In this document: one piece after another, positions 1-11,053 of the stretch | Layout of the letters: each line of letters begins with the position of its first letter | How positions within the stretch are numbered: position 1 is the stretch's first letter | Source: Pseudomonadota bacterium | GTDB taxonomy: Bacteria; Pseudomonadota; Gammaproteobacteria; Enterobacterales; JBCCZV01 | Direction of reading: 5' to 3' | NCBI GenBank assembly: GCA_039187085.1 | Contig: JBCCZV010000001.1 | Location: 13,442-77,441 of the forward strand | DNA length: 64,000 nt | Translations under genes and position numbers: made by a program | The notes under the pieces: model-generated | What the model was told of the DNA's origin: nothing | Seen by the model: the letters and a program-made list of their open reading frames with translations, nothing else | Databases searched by the model: none

Positions 1-135
1 TAGCTTCTGTGGTTGCTTGCTGTTGTTCGCGTGTTTGAAAACCATTAATAGATACAGCTAATGCTCCTTTCTCACTTAAGGCTTCTCGGCTTGGCGATTG
101 AATTGGCGTTGTTTTGTTGATATCGCAGTCACTCA
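1..135 (-). CDS. Hypothetical protein, 5' part only (runs off window edge)
   Basis: ATG at 135 (complement) opens a frame reading MSDCDINKTTPIQSPSREALSEKGALAVSINGFQTREQQQ... to the window edge. No family recognised and no clear SD. Confidence 0.3.
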
Positions 136-223
136 TGGGGTTGAAAGGAAATTATACTTAGAAGCGTCGAGCCGATTTATCTATTAAAAAGTTAAGTAGA
201 GAGTTAACACTCAAGGAAAGAAA

Positions 224-691
224 TTATTGCGGCTGTGCAGTATCTAAGCACCAGATTTTTTCAGAAACCGCACGAAATTTACCCACTGTTATCGAACCTC
301 GCTTATTCGGTTTACTCATTGCTAATGTTTCTACTAAACGGCTTCTTGTTGCTTCATAGATAGATACTGTTTGATAAGTTTCATCGAGCTGTACAAGTAA
401 TACGCGTTCCCACAAACCATCGATATTCAAAGCTCCTAAACGCTGACCTGAACGCTCAGTTTTGAAAAAAGCGCGGCCTTTAATCAAATAGTTAATTTGC
501 TGTCCATCAATGGTTTTAATAGCATCAACTCCTGATAAATCTTGAGGAGGATCATCCAGTTTGAGTAGGCGTTTTGCATCGAAACGCGCAATTTCTGCCG
601 TTAATGGCAATGTTTGTCCCGTTGTTCGCCGATATTCATAAGCAATGCGGCGAGTTTCTGCAATTAGTTTATCATAATCGTAAACGGCCAT
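224..691 (-). CDS. Hypothetical 155-aa protein, possibly a small PD-(D/E)xK-like (restriction-endonuclease-fold) protein
   Basis: Intact ORF divergent from lon. An N-terminal helix (LTAEIARFDAKRLLKL) is followed by SGVDAI...(12 aa)...YLIKGR, which resembles a D...xK nuclease core. Family not recognised. Confidence 0.5.
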   Translation of the reverse strand: MAVYDYDKLIAETRRIAYEYRRTTGQTLPLTAEIARFDAKRLLKLDDPPQDLSGVDAIKTIDGQQINYLIKGRAFFKTERSGQRLGALNIDGLWERVLLVQLDETYQTVSIYEATRSRLVETLAMSKPNKRGSITVGKFRAVSEKIWCLDTAQPQ

Positions 692-958
692 TGGATAATC
701 TCAACAGAAATTGCGTGGCATATTCAAATATATAAGGTTGTAGAGTTTAGCATGTGCCAGCAAGAATAGAAAAGAGACCTTCGTAAATGTCCGCTATTTT
801 CACTAGCAATTAAACTTTGGTTTAATAGTCAACCCTTTCTTAATCAGCAGAAGCACTTACAGCATTTTTAGTTTTCATCAACTATGCTCTATGGGCTATT
901 GCTAGTCTCTATGATGTGATAAATCACTATAAATTTTATCAGTAATAGCATTTATCGA

Positions 959-3391
959 TTGTCATTTGTGCTAACGGAGTTTGTAAATATTATGGTAATT
1001 GATTCTATCGATGAAAAATTAACAGAATCTCAAAATGAAAATGACGGTGTGAATGAACATGAAATGCTGCCCACAGAGCTTTGCATTTTGCCGTTATCAG
1101 AGCGCCCATTTTTTCCTCCACAAACGCTGCCTATTTTGATGAATGAGGAAGTTTGGCAAGATGCTTTAGAATTAATTTCCAATGATGGCGCTCAAACAGC
1201 AGGACTCGTTCTAATAAAGAACAATCATCCTGATACGACAGATATTTCTCAATTTCATACAGTAGGTACGATAGCCCGCGTCCACCATCCTGTTGTTTCA
1301 GGCGGTAAAATTCAATTTATTGCTGAGGGCTTACAAAGGTTCCGTATTGTAAAATGGCTAACCGAAAGCCCACCTTTCATAGCTAAAGTCGCTTATTCAC
1401 AAGAACCGGAATACAAAGATCAAGAGCAGCTCAAAGCTTACGCAATGGCTATCATTAATACGCTCAAGGAACTAATGCCTCTCAACCCTCTATACAGTGA
1501 AGAGTTAAAGTTTTTTCTGAACAAATTTAGTCCAAATGAGCCATCACCTCTCACCGACTTTGCTGCAGGTTTAACAACATCAACTCGCGATGAGCTTCAA
1601 GATGTTTTAGAAGCGGTGCACTTAAAAAAGCGCATGGAAAAAGTACTAATACTCATTAAGAAAGAATTAGATCTCGCTAAACTGCAAGCTAAAATCCAAG
1701 AAAAGGTTGAAGATACCTTAAATGAGCATCAACGCAGCTTCTTTTTAAGAGAGCAGTTAAAAGCGATTCAAAAAGAATTGGGTATTGCAAAAGATGATCG
1801 TACAGCCGATCTTGAAACTTTCCAAAAACGTCTACAAAACAAAACTATACCTCAAACAGCTCAGGAAAAAATTAGCGATGAAATGCAAAAATTGCGCGTT
1901 TTAGAAACAGGCTCTCCAGAGTATGCTATTACTCGAAATTATCTTGATGTCGTTTCTGATTTACCTTGGGGTATAGAATCTAAAGATAACTTAGATCTAA
2001 AACGCGCGCGCTGTTTGCTCGAAAAACATCACGCTAGTTTAGAAGATGTGAAAGATCGTATCATTGAATTCTTAGCCGTTGGTGCGTTAAAAGGTAAAAT
2101 TGCTGGCTCTATCATTTTACTTGTTGGCCCACCAGGTGTTGGCAAAACGTCTATTGGCCGTTCAATTGCAGAAGCATTAGAGCGTAAATTTTATCGCTTT
2201 TCACTTGGGGGTTTACGTGATGAATCAGAAATTAAAGGTCATCGACGCACTTATGTAGGCGCTATGCCCGGCCGAATTATTCAAGCTTTAAGAGAATCTC
2301 AAACTTCTAACCCCGTTATTATGCTGGATGAGATTGATAAGGTAGGTAGTTCATATCAGGGCGATCCCGCTTCAGCTCTTTTAGAAGTGTTAGATCCAGA
2401 ACAAAATGATGCATTTCTCGATCATTATCTTGACATTCGATTTGATTTATCGAAAGTATTATTTATTGCCACGGCAAATCAACTCGACACTATACCAGCA
2501 CCTCTACTCGATCGAATGGAAGAAATCCGTTTATCTGGATATATCACTGCAGAAAAAATGACGATTGCTAAAGTCTATCTTTGGCCTAAACATTTAGAAC
2601 AGTGTGGTTTGAAATCTTCACAAATTACTATTAATAAAACCGTATTTAAATCTGTTATTGAGTCTTATGCCAGAGAAGCAGGCGTGCGTAGTCTTGATAA
2701 ACTTCTAGGGCGAATTGCTCGTAAGTCCGTGACTAAAATAAGTCTTCATCAGCACAAAAAAATCGAGGTCAACTCAAAGAATTTAACTGAATTTTTAGGT
2801 CCTCCATATTTTATTGATGAGCTACCTAACACTGGCATTGGCATTATTACCGGTTTAGCGTGGACGGCACTTGGAGGCGAAAGCTTGAATGTTGAGGCAG
2901 TAAAAATTTTTAACGGTGAACGCGGTTTCAAACTGACAGGTAGCTTGGGCGATATCATGAAAGAGTCTGCCGAAATTGCTTATAGTTATGTTTGTGCGAA
3001 TGCGGCTCATTATGGTGTTTGCGATAATTACTTTCAGGATTCCATGATACACCTTCATGTTCCGCAAGGAGCTACCCCAAAAGATGGACCTAGCGCAGGA
3101 ATTACCATGGCAACTGCTATATTGTCGTTAGCCAAAAAACACAAAATCAAATCAAAAATCGCTATGACAGGCGAGCTCACGTTAACGGGTCAAATACTAG
3201 CGGTGGGAGGTATACGAGAAAAAATCATAGCAGCAAGAAGAGCAAAAATTAAAACTATTATCTTACCAAATGCTGTCAGAGGTGCACACGATGAATTACC
3301 AGAACATATTAAAGAGAATTTAACTTTTCATTTTGTTAGCCAATTTAATGAAATTGTTGAATTACTCTTTATAGTACCCAACAAAAAATAA
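959..3391 (+). CDS. lon: Lon-family ATP-dependent protease (endopeptidase La)
   Basis: 810-aa ORF with a LON N-domain, Walker A GPPGVGKTS, Walker B IMLDEIDK, protease Ser motif PKDGPSAGITMATA and the Lys in GGIREK. The longest start is TTG at 959; ATG at 992 is an alternative. Confidence 0.9.
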   Translation: MSFVLTEFVNIMVIDSIDEKLTESQNENDGVNEHEMLPTELCILPLSERPFFPPQTLPILMNEEVWQDALELISNDGAQTAGLVLIKNNHPDTTDISQFHTVGTIARVHHPVVSGGKIQFIAEGLQRFRIVKWLTESPPFIAKVAYSQEPEYKDQEQLKAYAMAIINTLKELMPLNPLYSEELKFFLNKFSPNEPSPLTDFAAGLTTSTRDELQDVLEAVHLKKRMEKVLILIKKELDLAKLQAKIQEKVEDTLNEHQRSFFLREQLKAIQKELGIAKDDRTADLETFQKRLQNKTIPQTAQEKISDEMQKLRVLETGSPEYAITRNYLDVVSDLPWGIESKDNLDLKRARCLLEKHHASLEDVKDRIIEFLAVGALKGKIAGSIILLVGPPGVGKTSIGRSIAEALERKFYRFSLGGLRDESEIKGHRRTYVGAMPGRIIQALRESQTSNPVIMLDEIDKVGSSYQGDPASALLEVLDPEQNDAFLDHYLDIRFDLSKVLFIATANQLDTIPAPLLDRMEEIRLSGYITAEKMTIAKVYLWPKHLEQCGLKSSQITINKTVFKSVIESYAREAGVRSLDKLLGRIARKSVTKISLHQHKKIEVNSKNLTEFLGPPYFIDELPNTGIGIITGLAWTALGGESLNVEAVKIFNGERGFKLTGSLGDIMKESAEIAYSYVCANAAHYGVCDNYFQDSMIHLHVPQGATPKDGPSAGITMATAILSLAKKHKIKSKIAMTGELTLTGQILAVGGIREKIIAARRAKIKTIILPNAVRGAHDELPEHIKENLTFHFVSQFNEIVELLFIVPNKK

Positions 3392-3429
3392 TACCCAACA
3401 ATTTCATCGAATAAAAAGCATTAAAACAT

Positions 3430-4143
<714 letters not shown>

Positions 4144-4302
4144 TTATCCTTGAAGCAAAAAATAGGCTGACAATGACAAGGTTATCTATATTAAACGAGA
4201 GGCTTTTGCTTTTAGCAATATGAATATAAACAGAAGTTTTAACATACACAGACTCAATTGGAGATACAAGTCCTGCTGTGTACTTTTTCGTAAATTAATG
4301 GA

Positions 4303-4337
4303 GAGGCAGCCATCAATAGCGCATTAATGGCTGCCTC
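4303..4337 (-). terminator. Hairpin 11 nt downstream of the htpG stop (11-bp stem GAGGCAGCCAT/ATGGCTGCCTC)
   Basis: Perfect 11-bp inverted repeat with a 13-nt loop, seen directly. The trailing U-tract on the minus strand is only moderate (UCCAUUAAUUU). Confidence 0.45.
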
Positions 4338-4348
4338 CAATCAAGAGG

Positions 4349-6265
4349 TTATGATGACAAAGCAACAAGCATTTTATTGAGCCTTGTTGCAAATGTAGCT
4401 GGGTCTTCTAGCTGCCCACTCTCAGCCAATAACGCCTGATCGAACAAAATATGGGTCCAATCACCAAAGCGCTCATCGTCAGTTTCATCATATAATTTTT
4501 TGATCAGAGCATGTTCTGGATTAATTTCGAAAATCGGCTTACTTTCTGGTACAAACTGACCTGCAGCCTTCATAATTTTCTGCATTTGTAAACCCATATC
4601 ATTGTCACCCGTTACGACACAAGCAGGTGTTTCTGTTAAACGATGAGTAACTCTAACATCTTGTACTTTATCACCTAAGCTTTTCTTAACTTGTTCGACA
4701 AGTTTTTCAAATTCTTTTTCGACACGCTCATGTTCTTTTTTGTCATCATCGTTTTCAAGGGCACCTAAATCAAGATCACCGCGTTGTACCGAATGTAACG
4801 CTTTGCCATCAAATTCTGTTAAGTGAGACACTAGCCATTCATCGATACGATCGGCCATGATCAGGACTTCAATACCTTTCTTGCGGAAAATTTCTAAGTG
4901 AGGGCTATTTTTTGCTGTTGCAAAGTTTTCCGCTGTCACATAATAAACTTTATCCTGGCCTTCAGACATGCGAGATACATAGTCTTCAAGGGAAACATTT
5001 TGCTTAGCATCATCAGTATGTGTAGAGCTAAAACGCAAAAGCTTGGCAATTTTTTCTTTATTCGCAAAGTCTTCGGCTGGCCCTTCTTTCAATACAGAAC
5101 CAAACTCATCCCAAAACTGTTGATATTTCTCTGCATCTTGTTTCGCTAGTTTGTTCAACATATCTAACACGCGCTTTACGTTAGCACTACGTAATGATTC
5201 TGTGGTTCGTGTATCTTGTAAGATTTCTCGCGAAACATTTAAAGGCAAGTCATTTGAATCTAAAACGCCTTTCACAAAGCGCAGGTAGGTCGGTAAGAAC
5301 TGTTCTGCATCATCCATAATGAAAACACGTTGCACATACAATTTTACACCACGAGGTCTTTCACGATTCCAAAGATCGAAAGGTGCTTTCGATGGAATGT
5401 ATAATAAGCTAGTGTATTCTAGTTTCCCTTCAACTTTGTTATGTGACCACACCAATGGGTCAGAAAAATCATGTGAAACGTGCTTATAGAACTCTTTATA
5501 TTCATCATCGCTGAGATCATTTTTGGAGCGCATCCATAAAGCTGTTGCTTTATTAACAGCTTCCCACTCAGTTGCTTTTGACTCCTCAGATTTATTTTCA
5601 TCATCTTCTTCTGTGGGTGTTTCTATTTTTTCCATTTCTACGGGTATGGAAACGTGATCTGAATATTTAGTGATAACATTTCTTAAACGCCAAGGTTCTA
5701 AAAATTCTTTCTCTTCTTCTTTAAGATGTAATATGACATCAGTACCACGAGCAGCTTTTTCAATCACTTCTGTTGTAAATTCACCGTCCCCTGCAGACTC
5801 CCATCGAACAGCTTCTTTCTCACCAGCACTTCGCGTTTCGACAGTCACTCTATCCGCTACAATAAAAGCAGAATAAAAGCCTACACCAAACTGTCCGATC
5901 AATTGAGAGTCTTTTTTCTGGTCTCCACTGAGCTGCTTCAGAAACTCTGCTGTACCAGATTTAGCGATAGTGCCTAAGTGTTCCATAACTTCGTCTTGTG
6001 TCATCCCGATACCTGTATCAGAAATAGTCACCGTACCTGCCTCTTTATCAGCAAAAATACGTATCCGAAGTGCTGGGTCACTCTCGTATAGAGCATCATT
6101 ATCAAGCGCTTTGAAACGCAGCTTATCAGTAGCGTCGGCGGCGTTGGATATCAACTCTCGCAAGAAGATTTCCTTATTGGAGTACAGCGAGTGAACCATT
6201 AAATGTAGCAGCTGCTTAACTTCTGTTTGAAAACTGTGAGTGGCTTTAGCTTGTGTTTCGCTCAT
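4349..6265 (-). CDS. htpG: Molecular chaperone HtpG (Hsp90)
   Basis: 638 aa. N-terminal GHKL ATPase motifs ([24 protein letters not shown]) and full-length Hsp90 architecture. Confidence 0.97.
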   Translation of the reverse strand: MSETQAKATHSFQTEVKQLLHLMVHSLYSNKEIFLRELISNAADATDKLRFKALDNDALYESDPALRIRIFADKEAGTVTISDTGIGMTQDEVMEHLGTIAKSGTAEFLKQLSGDQKKDSQLIGQFGVGFYSAFIVADRVTVETRSAGEKEAVRWESAGDGEFTTEVIEKAARGTDVILHLKEEEKEFLEPWRLRNVITKYSDHVSIPVEMEKIETPTEEDDENKSEESKATEWEAVNKATALWMRSKNDLSDDEYKEFYKHVSHDFSDPLVWSHNKVEGKLEYTSLLYIPSKAPFDLWNRERPRGVKLYVQRVFIMDDAEQFLPTYLRFVKGVLDSNDLPLNVSREILQDTRTTESLRSANVKRVLDMLNKLAKQDAEKYQQFWDEFGSVLKEGPAEDFANKEKIAKLLRFSSTHTDDAKQNVSLEDYVSRMSEGQDKVYYVTAENFATAKNSPHLEIFRKKGIEVLIMADRIDEWLVSHLTEFDGKALHSVQRGDLDLGALENDDDKKEHERVEKEFEKLVEQVKKSLGDKVQDVRVTHRLTETPACVVTGDNDMGLQMQKIMKAAGQFVPESKPIFEINPEHALIKKLYDETDDERFGDWTHILFDQALLAESGQLEDPATFATRLNKMLVALSS

Positions 6266-6350
6266 AATGATATTAACCCTTTAATTTCCTATATATTTTC
6301 AGATGCTCGCTTAATTTAAGAAGGCGATGTATCCATAACGATATAGAGCT

Positions 6351-6378
6351 TTATAAGGGCAACTTGGAAATTTTCAAG
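6351..6378 (-). promoter_or_regulatory. Candidate sigma32 heat-shock promoter of htpG
   Basis: The minus strand reads CTTGAA-N13-CCCTTATA about 80 nt upstream of the htpG ATG. The E. coli sigma32 consensus is CTTGAA-N13-17-CCCCATNT. Confidence 0.45.
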
Positions 6379-6452
6379 CAAAGTTTGACAACCAAAGCGT
6401 TTTTTTTAAATGAGAAGTGGATAGGTGCCTACTTAAAGACCGGAAAACGAAT

Positions 6453-6803
6453 TTACGAGTGATGCATGGATTCTTTATCGGGTGATGCAGCATGTTCAAG
6501 CACATCTGAGCACCAATCGTTCACACTTTTGTCGCAACTTAACGCGGCTTCAATAACCTTGGCATGTTGATCAGCTCGAAGATGCACTGAAATGGGGCCT
6601 GAAAAAGATACAATGTTTGAACTGCGACAGTTTTCTTTGAAAGCGACGTATTCATCGATAGAACGCCTGAAAGCATCTTCAATAGCTTCAGCTGTCCGGC
6701 CTTGAAAAAGTATCACATCAGGGGCATTCAGTACTTCACCAATGATCCACCCAGAACTCATATCAAAATCTATATGACCAACAAAACCTTTATAAACCAG
6801 CAT
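6453..6803 (-). CDS. hicB: HicB-family antitoxin-like protein (N-terminal HicB fold plus C-terminal RHH)
   Basis: 116 aa. YKGFVGHIDFD...GEVLN...ILFQGRTAEAIEDAFRRSIDEY is typical of HicB N-domains. The C-terminal FSGPISVHLRADQHAKVIEAA looks like a ribbon-helix-helix. Confidence 0.7.
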   Translation of the reverse strand: MLVYKGFVGHIDFDMSSGWIIGEVLNAPDVILFQGRTAEAIEDAFRRSIDEYVAFKENCRSSNIVSFSGPISVHLRADQHAKVIEAALSCDKSVNDWCSDVLEHAASPDKESMHHS

Positions 6804-6997
6804 AATCTGTGAGCACCTCCACCCGATAACAAAACCGACTCCTGGTCTTGAGAATAGTGCGCATTTTGACGCTATTTGGATGCACTTATTGAAGTACCAT
6901 CAAACAAAATATAGCACGATGGTTCACTCTTTGATGAAAAGTTGATAAACGGTGAGTAACTTAGAGATAAGTTGAGCAAGTCGCTATTTTGGTGAAC

Positions 6998-7600
6998 TTA
7001 AACCATTTTTTGTCGGCCAAGAAAAGACTTAGCCAATGTGCTACCATCAATGTATTCCAGCTCTCCCCCCATTGGAATACCTGAAGCAAGTCGAGTGATT
7101 TCAACCACTAAACCATCAGCCATGTCACTGATATAGTGAGCCGTTGCTTCACCTTCAATGGTGGTATTTGTGGCCAAAACCAATTCTCTTATACTTTTTT
7201 CTTCAAGTCTTTGTTGCAACAAGGGTAAACCCAATTCATCGGGACCAATGCCATCAAGAGGCGATAAAAAGCCATGTAAAACAAAGTATTGACCTCGATA
7301 AGCAGCTGTCGCTTCCAAGGCCAGCAAGTCAAGCGGACTTTCAACGACGCAGAGTGTATCTTTCTCACGAGACTCATCACTGCAAATCCAGCAAATTTCA
7401 TGATCCGTGTAGGAGCGGCAAATCTGGCACTGTTTCACAGCATCCATCGCTCTTAACAAGGCTTCAGACAGCTGATACCCCCCTTGTCTATCTCGCTCTA
7501 ACAAAAAATATGTCAAGCGCTGGGCAGATTTTGGGCCTATACCAGGTAAACAGCGAAAGGCTTGGATAAGATTATCAATGTGTATACTAAGCGATTTCAT
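6998..7600 (-). CDS. recR: Recombination protein RecR
   Basis: 200 aa with LPGIGPKSAQRL helix-hairpin-helix, a C4 zinc motif (CQICRS...CWIC) and a Toprim domain. Confidence 0.95.
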   Translation of the reverse strand: MKSLSIHIDNLIQAFRCLPGIGPKSAQRLTYFLLERDRQGGYQLSEALLRAMDAVKQCQICRSYTDHEICWICSDESREKDTLCVVESPLDLLALEATAAYRGQYFVLHGFLSPLDGIGPDELGLPLLQQRLEEKSIRELVLATNTTIEGEATAHYISDMADGLVVEITRLASGIPMGGELEYIDGSTLAKSFLGRQKMV

Positions 7601-7628
7601 AAATCCGTATTTACACTCTGGTATTTAT

Positions 7629-7949
7629 TTAAAATGGCATTTTAAAACCCGGAGGAATGGGTATACCTAAATCCCCAGTTGCTTCAGCTTTTTTGGCTTC
7701 GATACGCTGTACAGCATCATTAACTGCGGCTGCCACTAAATCTTCAACGATTTCTTTAGGTTCTGACATCAAGCTATTATCAAGCGAAACATTAAGCACT
7801 TCATGCTTACCATTCATTGTTAATTTGACCAACCCAGCACCTGACTGCCCTTCAACCTCGGCGCCAGCCAAGTCATCTTGCATTTTTTGGATTTTATCTT
7901 GAAGCTCTTGCGCCTGCTTCATCATATTACCTAATCCGCCTTTAAACAT
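7629..7949 (-). CDS. ybaB: Nucleoid-associated protein YbaB/EbfC
   Basis: 106 aa. [16 protein letters not shown]...[15 protein letters not shown] signature, in the conserved dnaX-ybaB-recR order. Confidence 0.95.
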   Translation of the reverse strand: MFKGGLGNMMKQAQELQDKIQKMQDDLAGAEVEGQSGAGLVKLTMNGKHEVLNVSLDNSLMSEPKEIVEDLVAAAVNDAVQRIEAKKAEATGDLGIPIPPGFKMPF

Positions 7950-8037
7950 GACTAATCACTCCTATTTACCATATAGAATGGCATTATATATTAACTCAGC
8001 TCTCACAAATTTAGTAAGAGAAACCTGATAACTTTGC

Positions 8038-10092
8038 TTATCGTGGTTTGATGCTTTGTTCATCGATGCTGGCATTAAATTGCTCTTGTAATGCCATAAC
8101 ATGTATATCTTGTACAATGGAGGTTAAAGCCTCTGCTTTACGTTCTTTTTCTTGTCGAACTAACATAGCTTGCGGTGTCTCTTTATCATTTTTGTTCAAA
8201 GTCTGTTCCAAAATTTGTAACTTTAATGGTTTGCCAATAAATGCTTCTACTGCTGCCGTTATCTTTTCAATACGTTCTTTCGAAGCTAATGGTGCAACCG
8301 AGTCATCAAGTTGCAGAGATATGGCTTGCCCATCAAATGCAGATAAGGCGGCATGAAGTGCGACTTGTTGAGCTGGTCCATTTAAAGCCAACTGACTTGC
8401 CGTTTCGCACCACCATTTATTATCATACGAGTCGTCTGCTTTTATGTTTGACGCTTTTTCTGAAGTAAAACTAACAGGTTTTTGTGGTTTTGTTGTAACA
8501 CTTGCTTGAATTGTTTTTACATGCTCAACTTTTTCCGTTAAACAATTTTCTCTCTCTGCGTTTTTTTTCTCTATTGGAGGAAGAGTTTCTGCATCACGTT
8601 TTTCAGGCATTTCTACTTTGGCTGAAGTTGTCACAACTTTATTTTTTGTTGAAACATCTGCATCATCAGGAAGTAAATTGAAAAAATCATCGATTAAGTT
8701 GTTAACAGATGAAGACTCTAGATTTTCAGGTTTTGTTGGTGGTTCATTTTCTTCTGGAATTTGAGGTTTGCTCTGGTGCTCGCTTTCAGGTACTTCTTTA
8801 GCAAAACTTAAAGGAGCTACACTTTCAGAAACTGAGTTATTTGCAGATTTACTCTCTAAAAAAGCATTATTGTTTTTGTTCGAAGTATTTTCATTCTTCA
8901 CAACCCGAGGTTTTTCATTATTATGTTGCGCTGGGTTGTTTCTCGGTGCGATTGGTGCCGAGTCAGGTAGTGTTTTTTCGTCATGAAAAGACGCTTGTTG
9001 AGATGCTGATCTTTGAGGCCTAAATGCTAACATCCGTAACAACGTCATTTCCAATGCCTGGGCAGCCTGCGGATACAGTTCAAAATCTCTGCGCCCGTGC
9101 AAACCTATTTGATAAAATAACTGGATATCTTGAGGAGACAATTTTTGTGCGAAACCTTGCACTTGATCGTGTTCAAGTAATTCACTGGTATTAATTTGTG
9201 TCGATTGAAAAATCGCTATATGATGAAACGCATCGATGACTTCATTTAACAAGTTTTTAAAATTGATGGAGGATTCTTTAATAGATTGTATGTAAACAAT
9301 AAGATCTTTTGGGTTATTATGATGGACAGCCGTGAGCAAGTTAATGACAAATTTGCCATCGACAGTGCCCAACATCTCTAAAACATCATCAATCACAACG
9401 CGATTTCCGCCATAAGCGATAGCCTGATCAAGCAAACTTAATCCATCACGCATACTCCCCTCAGCTGCAACAGCTATGCGCTTTAGAGCTTTTTGATCAT
9501 AATCGATGGCTTCTTGTTGCAAAACATTATCCAACTGATTTGCAATCAGTTCGGGTGTCAGGCTTTTTAAGTTGAACTGCAAACACCGAGAAAGCACTGT
9601 CGGTGGAATTTTCTGAGGATCCGTTGTCGCTAAAAAGAAAACCACATGCGGAGGCGGCTCTTCCAAAGTTTTCAGTAGTGCGTTAAAACTACTGTTGGAC
9701 AACATGTGGACTTCATCGATTAAATAGACTTTATACCTTCCTCTTGAAGGACGATACTGAACATTGTCTAAAATTTCTCGCGTATCTTCAACTTTGGTAC
9801 GAGAAGCAGCATCAATCTCGATTAAGTCGACAAACTTGCCAGCATCAACATCTTTACATGATGAGCATTGGCCACAGGGAGTCGCACTAATACCAACTTC
9901 GCAATTTAAACTTTTGGCTAATATTCGAGAGATAGTCGTTTTACCTACCCCGCGAGTACCCGTGAATAAATAGGCATGATGTAAACGCTTTGATTCCAGC
10001 GCGTTAGTTAAGGCTCGAACCACATGAGGTTGACCAACCAACTCAGAAAAGGTTTTTGGACGCCATTTACGCGCAAGAACTTGATAACTCAT
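8038..10092 (-). CDS. dnaX: DNA polymerase III subunits tau/gamma (DnaX)
   Basis: MSYQVLARKWRPKTF start (ATG at 10092), Walker A GTRGVGKTT, a Cys4 zinc module and SRC motif. A long low-complexity linker precedes the tau-specific C-terminus. Confidence 0.95.
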   Translation of the reverse strand: MSYQVLARKWRPKTFSELVGQPHVVRALTNALESKRLHHAYLFTGTRGVGKTTISRILAKSLNCEVGISATPCGQCSSCKDVDAGKFVDLIEIDAASRTKVEDTREILDNVQYRPSRGRYKVYLIDEVHMLSNSSFNALLKTLEEPPPHVVFFLATTDPQKIPPTVLSRCLQFNLKSLTPELIANQLDNVLQQEAIDYDQKALKRIAVAAEGSMRDGLSLLDQAIAYGGNRVVIDDVLEMLGTVDGKFVINLLTAVHHNNPKDLIVYIQSIKESSINFKNLLNEVIDAFHHIAIFQSTQINTSELLEHDQVQGFAQKLSPQDIQLFYQIGLHGRRDFELYPQAAQALEMTLLRMLAFRPQRSASQQASFHDEKTLPDSAPIAPRNNPAQHNNEKPRVVKNENTSNKNNNAFLESKSANNSVSESVAPLSFAKEVPESEHQSKPQIPEENEPPTKPENLESSSVNNLIDDFFNLLPDDADVSTKNKVVTTSAKVEMPEKRDAETLPPIEKKNAERENCLTEKVEHVKTIQASVTTKPQKPVSFTSEKASNIKADDSYDNKWWCETASQLALNGPAQQVALHAALSAFDGQAISLQLDDSVAPLASKERIEKITAAVEAFIGKPLKLQILEQTLNKNDKETPQAMLVRQEKERKAEALTSIVQDIHVMALQEQFNASIDEQSIKPR

Positions 10093-10223
10093 TGATATAC
10101 CTACAATGTGTAAAGTCAATCTGAATATAAACTAGTAAATTTGTAAGATATGATACTACTGGCTTTTGAATCAGCCAAGCGATTTGATAGATATTAATAA
10201 TATCTGAAGGTATTGCGTAGTTA

Positions 10224-10340
<117 letters not shown>

Positions 10341-10456
10341 ATAATGCTCGTATATTTGAACGAGAACAGCGTATTATCCATATTTTTATTTAGAATGCAA
10401 GTTGATTGCATCGATTTATGCCGAGTAGACTCAAAAGGTCTCGGGAAATTTTATGA

Positions 10457-11053
10457 TTAGGTGCTGGGAATAGTTTCATCAACACATAATGCAATTTGAG
10501 TTACCGTTTGCTTAATTTTAGATTTAATGTCACCAGAGGAAGGAGAATCACTCGACAGTGAATCTGCGTACCAACCTTCTCCTTCAATTTCATATTCATG
10601 ACACCCCGTAGCCATGCTGCCCATATTCAAACTGTATCCACTGCAAGCCGCAGGCTTACTGTGACAGCCTTTGTAAGTTGCTGAAACCTTTGATTTTATC
10701 AATCCCACTTCGTTAAAAACGGTATTGTTACAATCAGCATCAATATCTCCCGTTTCACCGTCTACACAACCAACAAAGGCGGAGGTATTATCTTTCATTA
10801 GAGCGTTAATATCTGCCTTGTCTCGTGTCTCTTTTAGAACGCCTGATTCTCCAGAATTGGCTTCAGCAATATAAACATTAATGGCAGCCTGAGCTGAAAA
10901 AAAAGCGGTTTCCATTTGCTGATTATTGACAGAAATTTTTTCAGTTATTAAAGCGTTGCTTAACGAAGACAAACCCACTATCGCTAAAATACTAATTAAA
11001 ACCAAAGCGGTTAACAAAGTTGAACCTTTTTGAGTTTGCAATCTACTCATCAT
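10457..11053 (-). CDS. pilX: Type IV pilus minor pilin PilX
   Basis: 198 aa. N-terminus QKG|STLLTALVLISILAIVGLSS...EKISVN matches the PilX_N pattern (no Glu5). It is the last gene of the minor-pilin operon. Confidence 0.75.
   Translation of the reverse strand: MMSRLQTQKGSTLLTALVLISILAIVGLSSLSNALITEKISVNNQQMETAFFSAQAAINVYIAEANSGESGVLKETRDKADINALMKDNTSAFVGCVDGETGDIDADCNNTVFNEVGLIKSKVSATYKGCHSKPAACSGYSLNMGSMATGCHEYEIEGEGWYADSLSSDSPSSGDIKSKIKQTVTQIALCVDETIPST

Noticed and set aside
6804-6997. Search for a hicA toxin gene or remnant upstream of the HicB-like gene
   Set aside because: All three minus-strand frames are interrupted by stops or lack a start. The only fragment vaguely like the HicA GSH motif (LLSGGGAHRL) sits in a short unstarted frame. 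There is no supportable hicA call.
7144-7569. 141-aa plus-strand ORF antisense to recR, and similar long antisense ORFs at 39656..40012 (rlmN), 43761..44108 (pal), 49438..49761 (ruvA), 23809..24132 (EAL gene) and 8048..8356 (dnaX)
   Set aside because: All lie entirely inside well-supported conserved genes on the opposite strand. They have compositionally odd, motif-free translations and lack SD sequences. This is typical shadow-ORF noise.
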